A stretch of 63,412 nucleotides of DNA, the filler included, from Nemertoderma westbladi (taxonomy: Eukaryota > Animalia > Xenacoelomorpha): assembly GCA_032718475.1 (NCBI GenBank). It is 3 parts of 3 records of this genome, joined end to end, with 100 filler letters (N's around TTAATTAATTAA, not from the genome) between each part and the next. Parts side by side here need not be neighbours in the genome. Positions count along the whole stretch, not along the records: positions 1 to 27,635 come from JAUCBJ010008739.1; positions 27,736 to 41,519 come from JAUCBJ010003515.1; 1 more part is not named here. One strand, 5' to 3'. This document shows positions 24,161 through 37,732 of the stretch, piece by piece (positions within the stretch are counted from its first letter, which is position 1; each line of letters opens with the position of its first letter). A program made the translations under genes and the position numbers. A model generated the notes under the pieces. That model was not told where the DNA came from, did no database searches, and saw only the letters and a list, made by a program, of their open reading frames with translations.

Positions 24161-25249
24161 TAATACAGTATGAAAATTTACATTAAAAAAAACGCCCCTT
24201 TGGTGTGTTTAACTTTTGGATTAACACGGTGGTCTGAAAAATACAACAGGTTAAAAATTAGGGTAGGCCTATCTGCCTACAGGCCTATGCCTAATATTGG
24301 TACTGGTAAGTTTTTTTTATTGGCCTATATCCTGTATATTGCTCACTATATTTCCTGCAGTCCTGTATTCTACTGTTCTATATCGACCAGAAGCTGACAG
24401 CGGATAGCAGGATGGAGGATAGACGGAGAGATGGGAGACCTCTCCACTGCTGCACTGTCTGATAGTCAGATAATGCAGTAGTGGCATGCTGACTACAGGA
24501 CTAATGCAGTAATGACTGATTTCGTGATACCACACTGCCACAAAGATGAAAAACATTATGGACTAAAAAACCAAATTGTGTAATTAAATTACTGACTGTG
24601 ACTAGGAAAATAAATCCATTCTAAAATATGTTTTTTTATTGTAAATTTTCAGATTATAGCATATAGCTCGTTATAGGTGGTTATAGCTTGTTATAGGAAG
24701 TTATAGCCCGTTATAGATCGTTATAGCCCGCCGTTTGCCGTTATAGATCGTTCTACCTTTTGGTCAAGGCCATCTAAACAACTTTATTTGGTTATTTAGA
24801 TGGCCTTGAGCAGAGTCCAACGACTACTGAAGTATTGTTTACACTCAGCACTGTATGAATGTTGGATATCTGATTGGACTGTTGCTAGGCAACTACAACC
24901 TTATTTAGTACAGTAGGCATACTCCCTCCACCCAGCTGACTATTGGGTATACCAAGCAGCCAAGGTAAAACCTAACCGAGACTACAAAGGTGGGGAGGGA
25001 TGCCAAGTTGGAATTTAATATGCATTTACATAGGCCCTAGGTGTCTAGCGCACACACAGACTGACGCGGGTGCTTTAGATCATAGATCGTGACTTTTGCC
25101 TTTTCTAAAAAAAAAAATGAGCAAAAATTAAGCGTTATAGCGCTCTGGATGTCTGGTTAGATCATGGATTTTACATTTACCAATGTGGTTGGTAAGAAGT
25201 TGAAGACAAAATGGTTGGAGAAAGCTGCTACAGTGTACAACTAAGCAGC

Positions 25250-26220
25250 AACCAATCACGTTATTTCTGACATTTCTGAGTGTATTCGTTTCGATTCAGT
25301 ATGGATTGAACCAAGTAATCACATTAATTTAAAAGGTGTTGATCTTCCATGGGTCCAAGAGGCGTTACATCTAGGAAATTTAATAGATTATAAGAACACA
25401 ATGGAGTCTGACATTACACGTAAGCGCGGTCAATTCATACGAAAACTCAACGCCCTTCGCTAAGAATTTTATTTTGCAGACCGGTACCAACTGTGTAATA
25501 TCCAACGTTTATATGCAACGAGTTTTTACGGCAGCAGTTTATGGGACCTGTTTTCTCCACAGTGTACTAGAATTTATAGCGCTTGGAACATTAACATTAG
25601 GATTATTTTTGGTTTACCTCGATTAACTCACAGATTTATTGTTGAAAATTTAGTCAATTTTATGCATCCCTGTATTATGTTACAATTGAGATTTGTGTCA
25701 TTTAGTTTTAGTTTACTGTCTTCAATTTATAAACCATCCATTCGTTTTTTGGCTGAATTGTGTTTGTTCGATTGCAGATCGCAAGCCGGTTGTAATTTAA
25801 GAAAAATTGGTAATTTGTGCAATTTGCGTAATTTACGGTCGTTAACTGTTAAGAATGTAAAGCAATTATCATATGTGCCGTGCGGTATTGATAACTTATG
25901 GAAGGTCAATTTATGTAAAGAATTAATCAATTGTATCTCAGATAACTGGGAGATCCCTTATTTTAGTACAAACGAGTTAAACGATATATTGGAGTATATG
26001 TGTAGACACACAGTGTAAACGATTTAATATTATTTTTTATGTATTTGTCTCATATTGGTTGTGCATCTATTCTATTCATGTGCCATCATTAATCCTGGTT
26101 TGTCTGTTCCTGTCACTCTATTTGTGCTACCTAGTTATTAGTATACTTTTCTACGCTGTACTTATTACTGTGTTAATAACGTAGGCCTACGATATTAAAT
26201 TAAATAAATAAATAAATTAA
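25250..26220 (+). mobile_element. 5'-truncated CR1/L2-group LINE 3' fragment, degenerate
   Basis: Translates LGN...RKRGQFI...FYGSSLW...AWN..IR..FGLP..THR with an in-frame stop; (AAAT)n tail. Confidence 0.7.
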
Positions 26221-27460
26221 ACACTGAGTCAATGACTGGATGCAAAAAATATCCTTTTGATACTGTAATAATAGGCTAAATAAAATTTTACGAAACAAAT
26301 ATGTATGCTGTTGTGTGATTTTCGTATGCGAGTTTTAATCGTACGGAGCTGATTTTGGGCTCATTCTCTGTTCGGAATAATAAAGATTTTATTTAAATCC
26401 ACTTCCAATTTTATGATTTTGTTATGTTTTCTCATTAAAAAACGTTGTGAAAAAATGCATCTTTTCAAAAATTATGTTTCAACATTCGAGATTTTGCACT
26501 TCAATTTATAAATAATTGCAAAAAATTAATTTTTGGTTGACCATAAATTAATTTTTGTTCGCCCAAAAATTATGACGTCATGGAGAACTTCTGCAAAAAA
26601 AACTAAAAAAAATTGATTAATTGGCAAAGATCAGCCACCGTAATAATGAGTAATTGATATTACAAAATTCTAAGTTTTTATTTCTTATCAAGTTATTTTG
26701 ATAACATGGCATAGATTTTTTACTGCCACAGTACTACAGTATTTACAACTGTATGGTCTGATGGTAGGCCTATATACCAGTATCTCTATCTACCAGTCAG
26801 CCAGTCTACTGTTACTGCATGTTCAAACATGGGATGTTTCCACCATATATGCATACACATTGTTGAAATACGTATATTTAACATTACACGATTCCGATAA
26901 TTATTCCTGAAAAACAACAATTTGGGTACATTTGAGATGTAATTATTGCAATCAGCAATTCCTCGAAATAAAAAGCTCTAAACCTATATAATATTGAAAA
27001 CCGCAACAATCTTTGTATTCCGAGCAGAATAAGCCAAAAACCTGCTCAGTACGACTAAAACTCGTGAAGTTATGGCCAAAAATAAGCTGCTGTCTAATTT
27101 AAAAAATGTACTTTAGATACAATAGGAGATTTTAAGCAAAAAAAATACCATATTGTTCATTTTATCTAACCCCTACAGCCATACTTTTAGTTAATGTTAT
27201 TTCATGTTCTGTATTACGATTACAAAATGGCAGCCTATACGCTATACCATTATAAACTAATATATGGCCACTACGTTTCAATGGTATTTCTTTGTTCCCT
27301 GTTGCATATTAAGGTATTTTCAGTTGTTTCACTTTTTTGTTTTTTTTAGTTGTTTTTCAATTTCTGTCGGTTCACTCTGTTGTTGTTGGTATTGTTGTTG
27401 TTGTTGTTGTTAATTTCCAGTTTGGTTTTGGTTTTATGGCTTCGTAGATCATACGGGATA

Positions 27461-27535
27461 CGGCGTGGGGTGGATCGCTTGGTAGAGAGCGGGGGACTTG
27501 GAATCTCTAGGCACCGAGTTCAATCCAGCGTTTTT
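27461..27535 (+). mobile_element. tRNA-derived SINE head or tRNA pseudogene
   Basis: A-box-like TGGATCGCTTGG, anticodon-loop-like CTTGGAA, B-box GAGTTCAATCC and a T-run. The acceptor stem does not pair. Confidence 0.45.
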
Positions 27536-27635
27536 GTGAATTTTTTTGTTAGTAAGATTGGTAGTAAGCCATTCAAGGAGACAGTTCATGCGTTAGTAGA
27601 CGCGGACCTTCTGACCTTTGCGCGATTTCACGCTT

Positions 27636-27735
27636 NNNNNNNNNNNNNNNNNNNNNNNNNNNNNNNNNNNNNNNNNNNNTTAATTAATTAANNNNNNNNN
27701 NNNNNNNNNNNNNNNNNNNNNNNNNNNNNNNNNNN
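27636..27735. other. Artificial contig spacer
   Basis: N44-TTAATTAATTAA-N44, giving stop codons in all six frames. Confidence 0.97.
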
Positions 27736-28624
27736 TCTCCCGTGGAACAGTTACTATCAGCAGTTTACTTTGTTGGTTAGACAATGGCTGTTTGGATACA
27801 CGCTTAGTCGTTATTTCTTCTTTGGATAATTGGATGTCCAGATATGCAGCAATGTCAATAACTTGTGCCTTGTCATCGTGACCTCTCAATCCCTTAACGA
27901 CAACATTCGTTTTGCGTTTGTTATGTTCCTCCTCCTCTAATTTTATTTGTTTCGAGAGAATGGCGATATTCGTACCATTACTATTTCGAGGTGTTTTTAC
28001 CTTCGCAGAATATGATACCTTGGTCCATTGGCCACCATTGACTTCTTCCGGTTGACTACTGACATTATACTTGTTGGTGCAGTCCTTAACATTCATTACT
28101 TCAGTTTCAAGATCATCTATCTTCTTTTGACTTTCCTCTGCTTTACTTCCAATAACATCTCGCAACTCATTTATCCTCGTATGAGCCTTTTGATTATTAT
28201 CTCCAATTACTTGCTCCTGTCTAATCGATTGCATACGAAGGTGCTCAACTTCTTCTTCGAATTGAAGTAATTTATCATCCAGTCGCAATTCTAGCTTTTC
28301 AAAATCCTTGGCAACCTTTGTTAGACGCTGACCAACACATTGTCCACAGTAGAAATCAACAAGGCCGAAATCTGTGCCTCGTTTAGCGATGCAGATCATT
28401 GCAACACTGCATGATGCGCCGGAGCAGACAACCTCGATTTCAGTAAGTCCGTCGTTGCGCAATCCACTTTGTGGTGGAACTGCCGCCGCCTGTGGATTCA
28501 CCAGGGATTTGTTGCTGCTTCGTCTCGGGTTATTACTGCATCCAGCAGTGCTTTGCCGTCTTAATTTTTCAGAATCAGCACCGGGAGCCTTGCTGGTAGA
28601 GGTAGTCGATTGGGAATGTGACAT
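27736..28624 (-). mobile_element. LINE ORF1-like protein, truncated by the gap
   Basis: Degenerate Cys finger (FYCGQC), coiled coil and RKTNVVVKGL, parallel to the ORF1 at 19833. Confidence 0.6.
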
Positions 28625-28959
28625 TTTACTCCTTGTTGTAGTCTTCTCCTTTACATATAAAGTAGTGCACTAATGTCGCCGTAGTGCCGTAGCTCTGGTT
28701 TATCAAAGTAATCAGTTTTATTTATAATGTATTATATTATAATTCAGTTAAAATTATTAAATTTAATAACAAATTTGATATTGCTGAATCTCCTTTGCAA
28801 TATTACTTGTTTGGTTCCAGTAAATTTTGGGGCCCTTAAGTTTCAATATAATAATAATGGTTCTTATTGTATACTGTATATCATTATTATTTTTAGCTAG
28901 TAATTAAAACAAAATTTAATCTAAAAAACTTAATCTGAAAATTTAGTCACACTTCTCTT

Positions 28960-31900
28960 ATTCAATATTCTAGAATATACAATATATATACATATTCAAT
29001 TACTATATACAATTCCTCCAAAGGTAATATAGATAAATCACGGTAAAGTGGACCCGAACTTGCCTGCCAGTGAGAAAAGGTTATTGACGCTCTAAGAACC
29101 TTGTTTATACAAACTCGGATAGGTTTAAGATATGAACTGAAAGTATTTCCCCAGACTACGATACCATACTGCAATAACGGTTTATAAGAGAATAGTACAA
29201 AGTTCGTAAAATACACATCGGGAGTAAGTAACGCAGTCTGAAAAAAATTCCCACTGAACGGGCTATCTTCTTTAAAATGTAGGATGTATGCGATCGCCAG
29301 GACATATCTGAATCGATTAAGATACCCAAGTATTTAACTGTAGATTTTAATCTTAATTCTGTATTTTTAATTTTAACCTTAGGTGCTGAAGAATAATCTA
29401 GAGACAAGTTAGAAAATAACGAATATTCAGTTTTTTTTTAATTTAGGGATAATTTATTTGTATTAAGCCATTCTACCACTTTACCTAACTCATTATTTAC
29501 ATTAGCTATCAGATCACCAACCGATTTACCACTGGCAGACAAGCTCGTGTCATCGGCAAATAGTACAGTATTTAGGTTACTACACAACGGAAGATCATTT
29601 ACATATAGAATAAAGAGGAGGGGGCCTAATATGGAGCCTTGTGGGACGCCTAACTGGATATCGCGCAAAGAGGAGTAGTGGTCGCCGACTACTACTGTAC
29701 ATACTGCTTTCGGTTAGTAAGATATGATTTTAATAAATCTAAAGGAGGCCCGCGGATACCATAAAGTTCGAGTCTATTTAGAAGAATTTTATGGGATAGT
29801 GTATCGAACGCCATCTTCAAGTCGACGTAGATTACACAAGAAGATTCGTAATTGTCCAAGGTGTCTCGAATATCTTCGGTAATTTGTAATAAGGCATGGT
29901 ATGTAGATAATTTTTTCCTAAATCCGTACTGGTTATTACAAAGAATTTTATATTTAGTTATGTATACAATTAATTGGTCATATATTACACGTTCTAGAAC
30001 TTTACTGACAATGCTTAGTATTGAAATAGGCCTATAGTTTGATGTGTCAGTGGGGTCTCCTCCCTTGTAAATTGGAACCACTCTAGCAATCTTCAAAAAG
30101 TCTGGAAAAGATGATGTACGTATACAGTTATTAATAAAAGGAGTTAGCTTATTCGCAATATGGAGTGAACCTATTTTTAATAATTTTATTGAAAATTCGT
30201 CATTACTTGATTTATCGTCAGGTAGGTCCATAATTATTTTTTGTAGTTCCTCTGGAGAAATCTCTAAAAGAGCAAAAGAATTTGACTGCGGGGTTTTTAT
30301 ATAAAATGATGGACTTTTATTAGTATTCTCGATTTCATTTGCTGTGCTTGGCCCACTGAGGTATAAAACAAGTTAAAAGTCTCTGCAATTTTGTTTGGAT
30401 TGGTTAGCTTAACGCCAGTATTTGGCTCTTTAATACAGATTGGTGAGGAGCGATCTGAACGTTTACTTGACTTGGTTTATTAGTCTCCAAGTTTTTTTAA
30501 TATTTTTTGAATGTAATTGGAATTGATTTGAAAAAAAAAGCGCGTTCCCGTTGTTTTAATAAAGTTGACAATTTGTTACGGAATCGTTTATAGATCTCGT
30601 GGTTTCTTATTGTTTTTATTTTTACATAATTGGAATATAATTTATGTTTAATATTAATTTTATTTACTAAGTCAGGAGTTAACCAAGGCTTACGTGGCGA
30701 TTCTCTAAGAGGAACACATCGTTTTGGGGCATGGCGGTTAAATATTTTTTCTATATCGTGATAGCAGTTTTCAAAATCAGTATTAGTTAAGTTATTTGAA
30801 GTTGTAGTCCAGTTGTTTTCGTTGGAAAGATCGGCAACAAAAGCATTATTATCGAAGTTCGAAAAGTCATGTTTTATATGTTTTTTTTCGGCAAAAAAAT
30901 CTCTAGAATCACGAAAAGCAGAAAAGATTGCGTAGTGGTCGGTGGTACCAATTTCAAGTGGGAAGACGCCACTTTGAATAATTTCTGAATATTTATTTGT
31001 AATAAAATGATCAATACAAGAATTTGTACTCCTACAAACTCTAGTAAGCTTATCTATTAATTGTTGGTAACCGAAAGAATTGAGTATTTGCATGTAAGTA
31101 AATTTAGATTTAGAGTTTACTAAGGTATTTATATTAAAGTCGCCATTTATCACAATATCGCAGTTTAATTGGTTTAATTTTGCAAGTTGATTATCTAAAA
31201 TGTTGAAAAAATGGTCTAGCTGTATACTTTGAGATCTATAAATAGTGCCTACTATTATTTTTTTATAATGAATTTTGGAATTTATTTCCACTCATAAATT
31301 ATCTACATCAGGCATTACTAAATCGGAACGTTGTACTGACTCCATATCATCCCTAACAAACATGGCAACGCCTCCCCGAACAGTATTACCACGATGTTGC
31401 AAATAGGGCGCTTTATACCCAGGAATACCATACAGTTTAACGCGGCTATCGTCCTTAGAGAAAGTTTCGGTAAAAGATACTACCGAAAAGCGATGTTGCA
31501 GAAGATCTATGAATGTAGAAATGTCATTTAAATTTGACTGCAGGCTACGGCAATTTAAGTGAAAAAAACTGAGAGTATTTGATTTTAAGGTTTGTGAAAA
31601 TTGTGAAAACGTGTAAGGATCGTAATTATTTGTGAAAAAATTTGTTTCCATGTTGGAATCAGGATCTATTAGAGACAAAGGTTCATTATTTACATTTCCG
31701 CTATTTTCCAAAAAAAATTCGTTATTTAGTAAATCATGATAAGACGAAGAACAAGGAAAAATATCGGGATCATTATCAACTACAGAACTGAAGGGGAAAA
31801 TTGTGTCATGGCAATATATACAGTAGAAATTTCTAGGGTTGCTAACTATATCATCTCGACTAGTTGCACACTGTAAGTGGTACAGAGAATTACATAAAAC

Positions 31901-32280
31901 ACAATATGCAATGGACTCATTTGATTTTATAGTAGAGAAACAAAATGTACAATTTCCGGCCCCGGATTCATCCGTTACACCGAGACGGCAGCGTCCCCGC
32001 ATCCACCAACGCACAAGTCACTTAGCACGCAATACACAATGATGAAGGCAGCAGTGCCGGTATATGTTATTATATCTAACTATTTAATTTGTACAACGTA
32101 GGCCAAAGTAAGTTTATAGTAAGTAATAATAAGATATTAGTAAGTAATATCAATTAAAGTTGGATTAACTACCCGATAGCAAAACCAAACCCATCACCTA
32201 GCTTAACTGATGACAAAACCAAAATAAATTGGTCTAATAAACTGTGCTTTCAAGTTGTTTACAAAACAACGGCACATGTA
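28960..32280 (-). mobile_element. L2/Crack-like LINE ORF2 pseudogene (PHD-EN-RT) with several frameshifts
   Basis: PHD finger (CTFC...CVLC..YH..C...YC.YC), HLNCRSL, FTET, GGVA, GDFN, CIDH, TDH, NYRPISIL, QYGFR, GVPQGSILGP, FADD, KYLG and YGIVVWG. Confidence 0.9.
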
Positions 32281-32320
32281 CGAATATAGAATTAAATTTA
32301 GAATTTACAACTAATGCAAT

Positions 32321-32745
32321 ACTACTACTACTAGGTCGAGCGAACTCGGACAGTGTAAATGAGATCCTTCCAGGCTTCCCGATTCTCCATAGTTGTCGCA
32401 ATTTCGTTTCTCCCAAGTTCAGTATCCCTTTCAAGTTGATCTATATATGTTATGGCAGGTCGTCCACGACTACGCTTTCCATGAGTTGGTTGCCAGAGAA
32501 GTAGATCTGGTATGACCTCGTCTTTACTTCGCCAGCAGTGACCACTGAATCTTAATCTGCGTTCACGGAGGGTGGTTGATACAGGTGGTATTGTACCATA
32601 AAGCTCGGCGTTTGTCATGTGTTGTCTCCAGCTGATGTTTAGGGCTGCCCTTAGTAGTCTTGTGTAGCAACCATCAATTCGTTGTTCAAGTGATTTAGTC
32701 AGTGTCCAGGTCTCACCCCCGTATAAAAATACACTTTCCACTAAT
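32321..32745 (-). mobile_element. RTE-type LINE 3' fragment with (TAG)n tail
   Basis: LYG.ETWTLT...DGCYTRLLR..LNISW..H.TN.ELYG, RLRF.GH..R and RGRP. Confidence 0.85.
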
Positions 32746-33342
32746 GCAATAATGTGCATATATATATATATATATAATGCTGACACGAGACTTAATCAAT
32801 GGACCCCCCCTAGGCGCTATAGCCCTCAATGACTTATTTAGTTGACGGGGCTAAACCAACCCACTCTTGATCAACTAAATAATGAATAGGCTATGCTTAT
32901 CGAGCCTGCCCTACTGGGCTGACAGCTACAGGTAGTACCACATTACTGCCATAGTGGTAGCAGGATCTGGGGACCTGACCTGACCTGTCCAGTGGAGAAT
33001 CGTTTTTCTTAAAATTCGAAATCCAAATGGATTATCTAAAATTTTTGAAAAATTGTCTCACTTGTGGGTTCCAAGTGGATTTCCATTCCTTCTGTACATA
33101 CAAAACCGCTCCTATGTGATACATAAGGGTACTACCATCAATGTTCACGTATAAAAACAATGGAATTCCACCACTGTCTTTAAACTACAGTGTACATGAA
33201 TATGGTGGGACTATGTGGCGACTATCAAGGGTCCCACATCTCTACTTACGAGATTTACATGGAGATTTGTAATCTCCCATCTCGTTTCTAGTCTCCTCAA
33301 GGAGCACGAGACGTTGTACGGGTCTGTCTACAGTCCATCTGT

Positions 33343-34780
33343 CTATTGTCCATACAGTAGACACACACCCGACATCAGGTGGTGTAATACGGACACACCA
33401 CCTGATGTCGGGTGTGTGGTCAAAATGATTCCAGTCAACCAAAACTGTCTCTTCAAGTTGGTCTCTGCCGATAATACGTGATCACCACGCTTCAGACTCC
33501 AGGTAGTAAGATACCAGATGGTCCTGGCTGAAATAGAGGGCAAATAGTGCTTCTGCCATACTTCCCAAAACTTGTTGGCTAACAACTGAGTGATTTTCCA
33601 AGCTTTGTTGCTGCAACTGTCAATTGGTACAGAAGTGGGCAACAGTGTCGTCGGCGACTGCATAAGCAGGTTCGATGGTGTAAAGACAAACTGAGATTGT
33701 TTGTCGTCTGGAATCAAAGCGATGGGTCGGGTATTCAGTACCGCTTCGATCTCTATCAACAAAGTAGTCAGTTCGACGTCTCCCAATATGCGTTGCGTAG
33801 GTATTACTTTTGCTATGGCCGTCTTGATGGATCCAATCAATCTCTCCCAGACCCCGCCTCTCCACGGACTGTCGGAAGGGTTGAAGTTCCAGACAATCTT
33901 GTGGGGAAGTAGTTCGTCTGAGATTTGATGTTGGTCCTACTTTTTAAGGCTCTGGAGATTTCGTTCCTCACACCCACAAAGTTGGTCCCTTGATCACAAT
34001 GTATGGATTTTACCAATCCGCGTCTACTGATAAATCGCCGTAAGGCTAGGATAAATGCATTGGTGGTTAGGTCTGTTACACGTTCAATATGCACCGCTCT
34101 ACTACCCATGCAGGTAAAGATCAGTCCCCAACGTTTAACCTGTACGCGTCCACGTTTTGCGTTTAAGGGTCCAAAACAGTCTATCCCCATCTCAGTAAAT
34201 GGGGGTCTAAAGGCCTGTAATCTAGCTACTGGTAGTTCACTCATTTCTTGGTGTCCTATCCTCGTCTGCACCTTCTTACAGATAATACAGTTGTGCGTTA
34301 CAGAACTCAATGCCTTACTAGGTCTAATCAGTACAAACCTCGAGCATAAATGTGATAAACAGTGATGTCTACCTACGTGTTTGAGTAGTACGTGTGTGTC
34401 CAGTATCATAGTGCGCTGTAAATCATGGTGTTGAGGTATGATGATAGGATACCTAAAGTCAATAGCAAAGTCAATGTTTTGGAGTCTGGACTTGTGACAA
34501 AGCAAGCCCTTGTATATTATTGGACTCCAACTCAGTATCGGTGAAGACTTTATCTGTTCACCCTGATTGATTGCTGTGAACTCTCGTGCGAAATATCGCA
34601 ATTGATGATGTCTTATAATATCAATCTCGCAGTTATCAACTTCGGCCAAGGTTAGTCTTCGTGGAAAGTCGCATTTGCCTATGGCATATTGTCTCAAACA
34701 TTTGAGCCATGCCAACAAGCGTCCGTCCATGATCGTGTCAAGTTAACTATCCAGTCAACATAAGTGTTGGTAACGTCATC
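33343..34780 (-). mobile_element. BEL/Pao integrase region (zinc finger, DDE core, C-terminal DUF5641-like), frameshifted
   Basis: H...H...C..C, PF...GIDCFGP, KRWGLIFTC..RAVHIE, F.LALRRFISRRG, DQGTNFVG, IEAVLNTRP and FW..W...YL. Confidence 0.9.
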
Positions 34781-35480
34781 ATGTGACGTCATAGTTACAG
34801 TGCGGATACTTGTTTGGGCTTGGTAGGCTCGCGGGCCTTCCAGTGAGTGTCTCCCTTTGTGCAATGGGTTTGTCTGAGTCCTTAAGTACTTTTGTCTCCA
34901 CAGTCTTACCTTTACCGTCAGCATTCATTGGGTTGACCTGTAGTAACGGTTTCAGCTCTATGGGGTCAGTGTGTTCCTGTGGACTTGTGAGTCTCTTAAC
35001 TTTAGTCACACATTTAGCCGTAGGCTGTAAGTCGGATATTTTCCTTGAGCGGAGTGTGATACCTGTATTTACATTTTGATGGGCACGACCCATACTTGCA
35101 ATACCTGTAGCCACACCATCGTTATGGTGACTCAAGGAAGTCAAAGTAGGTAAGCCGATAATACCTAGTGTGTTAGTACTAGTCTGCTCCAATGGGATAA
35201 ATGCAGCATCATAGTACAAGTCTGGTAAATGGTCTAGTAGACAGTCTGGTGAGGCATCCGGCGAACAGTCTGGTGAGACATCTGGTGAAACATATTGCGG
35301 AAAATCCGGTGAAATGTTCTGTCGTATGTCCAGTAGAAAGTCTGGCATAACGTCTGGCAGAGTGTCTGGTCTAAAATTTGGTGGACAGTCTGGTGAGACA
35401 TCTGTTGGAAAATCCGGCGAAATGTCTGCTGGAAAATCTGGTGAGATGTCCGGTAGACAATCGGTCGCCCGTACAATCAA
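34779..35480 (-). other. Low-complexity ORF with D-x-(S/P)-P repeats upstream of the BEL integrase
   Basis: Degenerate 12/24-bp tandem repeats at ~35230-35460; no RT or RNase H motifs. Confidence 0.4.
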
Positions 35481-36571
35481 TTATATTACCATCATAACAT
35501 CGAATGGTTGGTTACAGTACGCTGTAGTGAAACTGATCACTTTACTATACTTACTGCGTCCAACAGTTTCCGTGTAAGTAAACTACTTCAATTACATGTA
35601 GAACTAGTGTTGTGTTATTTACATATGTTTTTATTTTGCTTGATATTGAGAATTGAATGCTTTATCGACGAATGGTTAAAGGATTTGAAACATTACATTG
35701 TTCCCTATGCGTTAATTCTCCAAACGTGTTTAGCAGTAAGACGTACGTCCCCCGCGTGTGGTGTAATCAGTAAGCTAACGATACGTGAAGCGTAAAATTG
35801 CTCAACTGGGAGAGCATCAGTGACAAAATTTAATATACACAATCCCGCGATTATTTGGTGTGAGAGTGTAATTTGGTTTGATGTGTTATAGTATTATAAT
35901 AACATTTGTGAATTCTGTTGTGCAGTACTGTGCGATTGTAACTATTGCAGGTGCATTTCCGTGCGAATTGCTGATTAAGGAGGGTTTACTTTTGTGACTG
36001 TGGTTTAATTTAACATTATTAGTCGTACGTTTGCGAAGTCAGTAGAAGACCAATCACCCGAGGGAGTGTAAAGGCACACTGCGTGTGAAACGGCTAATTA
36101 CAAATAAATTACTGCATTCATTACCGTAGCTTAATAATTTAGTCAGTGTTTGAATGGTATGTAACGGACACTATCATTAAAATTGTTTTACTCCTTCGGT
36201 TTTTTATTAAAGTAACTAAGTAACCTGGTATTATATTGATTTACTGTACATACGCCCTACATTCATATTTGTTGTTTATTATTATAAACTTGTAACATAG
36301 TGTTACAACCCCCAAATATCGTAAGTACCTTCTATTACCTACATACAGAAATAATTAATTATTACATCTTTCTCTAGGCCATTGAACTGTTTATTTAACA
36401 GGCAGACACCGGCCAGATATTTGACATATATTAAGTCAATGATAGGGACTGAATCGTCTGCCCAAAGGATTTCGATTTGTGTTTCATTTTCTCAGAGATA
36501 TATTTCTCTATTTCTCTATTTATAGATAATTTCTCTATGTATCTTTGTCAACTAAATAACTGACATAGGTT

Positions 36572-36704
36572 GTGCCTCAGTGAGGCATAGTCTGTGCCTC
36601 AGTGAGGCATAATCTGTGCCTCAGTGCCTCAGTGAGGCATAGTCTGTGCCTCAGTGAGGTAGAGGCATAGTCTGTGCCTCAGTGAATCATAGTCTGTGCC
36701 TCAG
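36572..36704. repeat. 22-bp tandem repeat built on the palindrome TGCCTCA-G-TGAGGCA
   Basis: Unit TGCCTCAGTGAGGCATAGTCTG, about 6 imperfect copies. Confidence 0.9.
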
Positions 36705-36794
36705 ACCTAAACTCGAGACTTTAGGAGTGCCACAGGTCTTAAATCAGAGTCTTACAAATTCAAACGTCAACAAACAAATTGGAACGTTACTGTT

Positions 36795-36882
36795 CCACCT
36801 TGGTGTAGTGGTTGCGTTGAATTCACATCTTCCGTAGGTCATGGGTTCGATCCCCGCATGGACCAGGGCAGTTTTCGTTTGG
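36795..36882 (+). mobile_element. tRNA-derived SINE; related fragments at ~15870-15910(-) and ~41225-41310(+)
   Basis: A box TGGTGTAGTGG, B box GGTTCGATCCC, then GCATGGACCAGGGCAGTTTT, which is shared with the other copies. Confidence 0.6.
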
Positions 36883-37609
36883 TCAGCAATAGACCTAACT
36901 TTGCAAAATGCAGTATTATCTAGCGGCAGACTGGGGAACTTCAGACTACTCTGTGATATAGCCTATATTGTAATAGATACCGACTGGGGGGTCAAAATTA
37001 AGTAATATCTAAATAAGTCTCAAATATCTTGCCTCAGAACTCTTAAGCAATATGGCTTCATGGTTTTGCGGATTGTACATAACAAAGCTAGAGAAGATGT
37101 TAATTTTCAAATAATACGCCCTCTAGCGGCAGACTGGGGAACTTCAGCCTACTCTGCGACTCCGTAAAAGATAAAGCCTATGCCGTAGTAGTTGCCTACT
37201 GATTTTAAACCTAATCGGAATGAAAATAACAAAGTTAGAGAAGATGTTAATTTTCAGATATTACGCCCTCTAGCGGCAGACTATGGAACTGCAGACGGCT
37301 GGATATAGGCAAGAGTAATTAGTAATCAGAGGTGTCACGAGAGGGTGGCGGGGCGCTTGGATCCAACTATTATTAACAACCTGTTGCTGGTTAAAGCTAA
37401 TTAGGGGTCAAAGGTTAACGATAAAGCTGTCTGGATATAGAGTTTTATTATTTATATTAATTATTATATATTATATATATTATATTTTATAATTATTATA
37501 TATTAATTAGTTACCAGTAAGGGTGTATACCCTAGGGCTAAGTATAACGAGATGAAAGTCAATGAGGTCATTTACAGAGTAATATATAAAACTAATTATT
37601 GGTAAATCA

Positions 37610-37732
37610 AAAATTAAATACAAATAAATAAATTAAAATTAAATACAAATAAATAAATTAAAATTAAATACAAATAAATGAATTAAAATTAAATACAAAT
37701 AAATAAATTAAAATTAAATACAAATAAATAAG
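37610..37732. repeat. 25-bp AT-rich tandem repeat, about 5 copies, inside a TGACA-rich repeat (~37320-38080)
   Basis: Unit AAATTAAATACAAATAAATAAATTA. Confidence 0.85.

Larger units (their letters stand above)
19566..24757. mobile_element. Non-autonomous TIR element split by the CR1 insertion
   Basis: GGTAGAATGATCTATAACGG at 19566 is inverted to CCGTTATAGATCGTTCTACC ending at 24757. CTATAAC/GTTATAG subterminal repeats at both ends. No clear TSD. Confidence 0.6.

Noticed and set aside
27680-27691. TTAATTAATTAA palindrome between N runs (also 41564-41575)
   Set aside because: It is an identical synthetic six-frame-stop linker in both gaps, not biological sequence.
36795-36882. Functional tRNA gene (also 27461-27535)
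   Set aside because: A and B boxes are present but no complete cloverleaf can be drawn. Related degenerate copies indicate a SINE.
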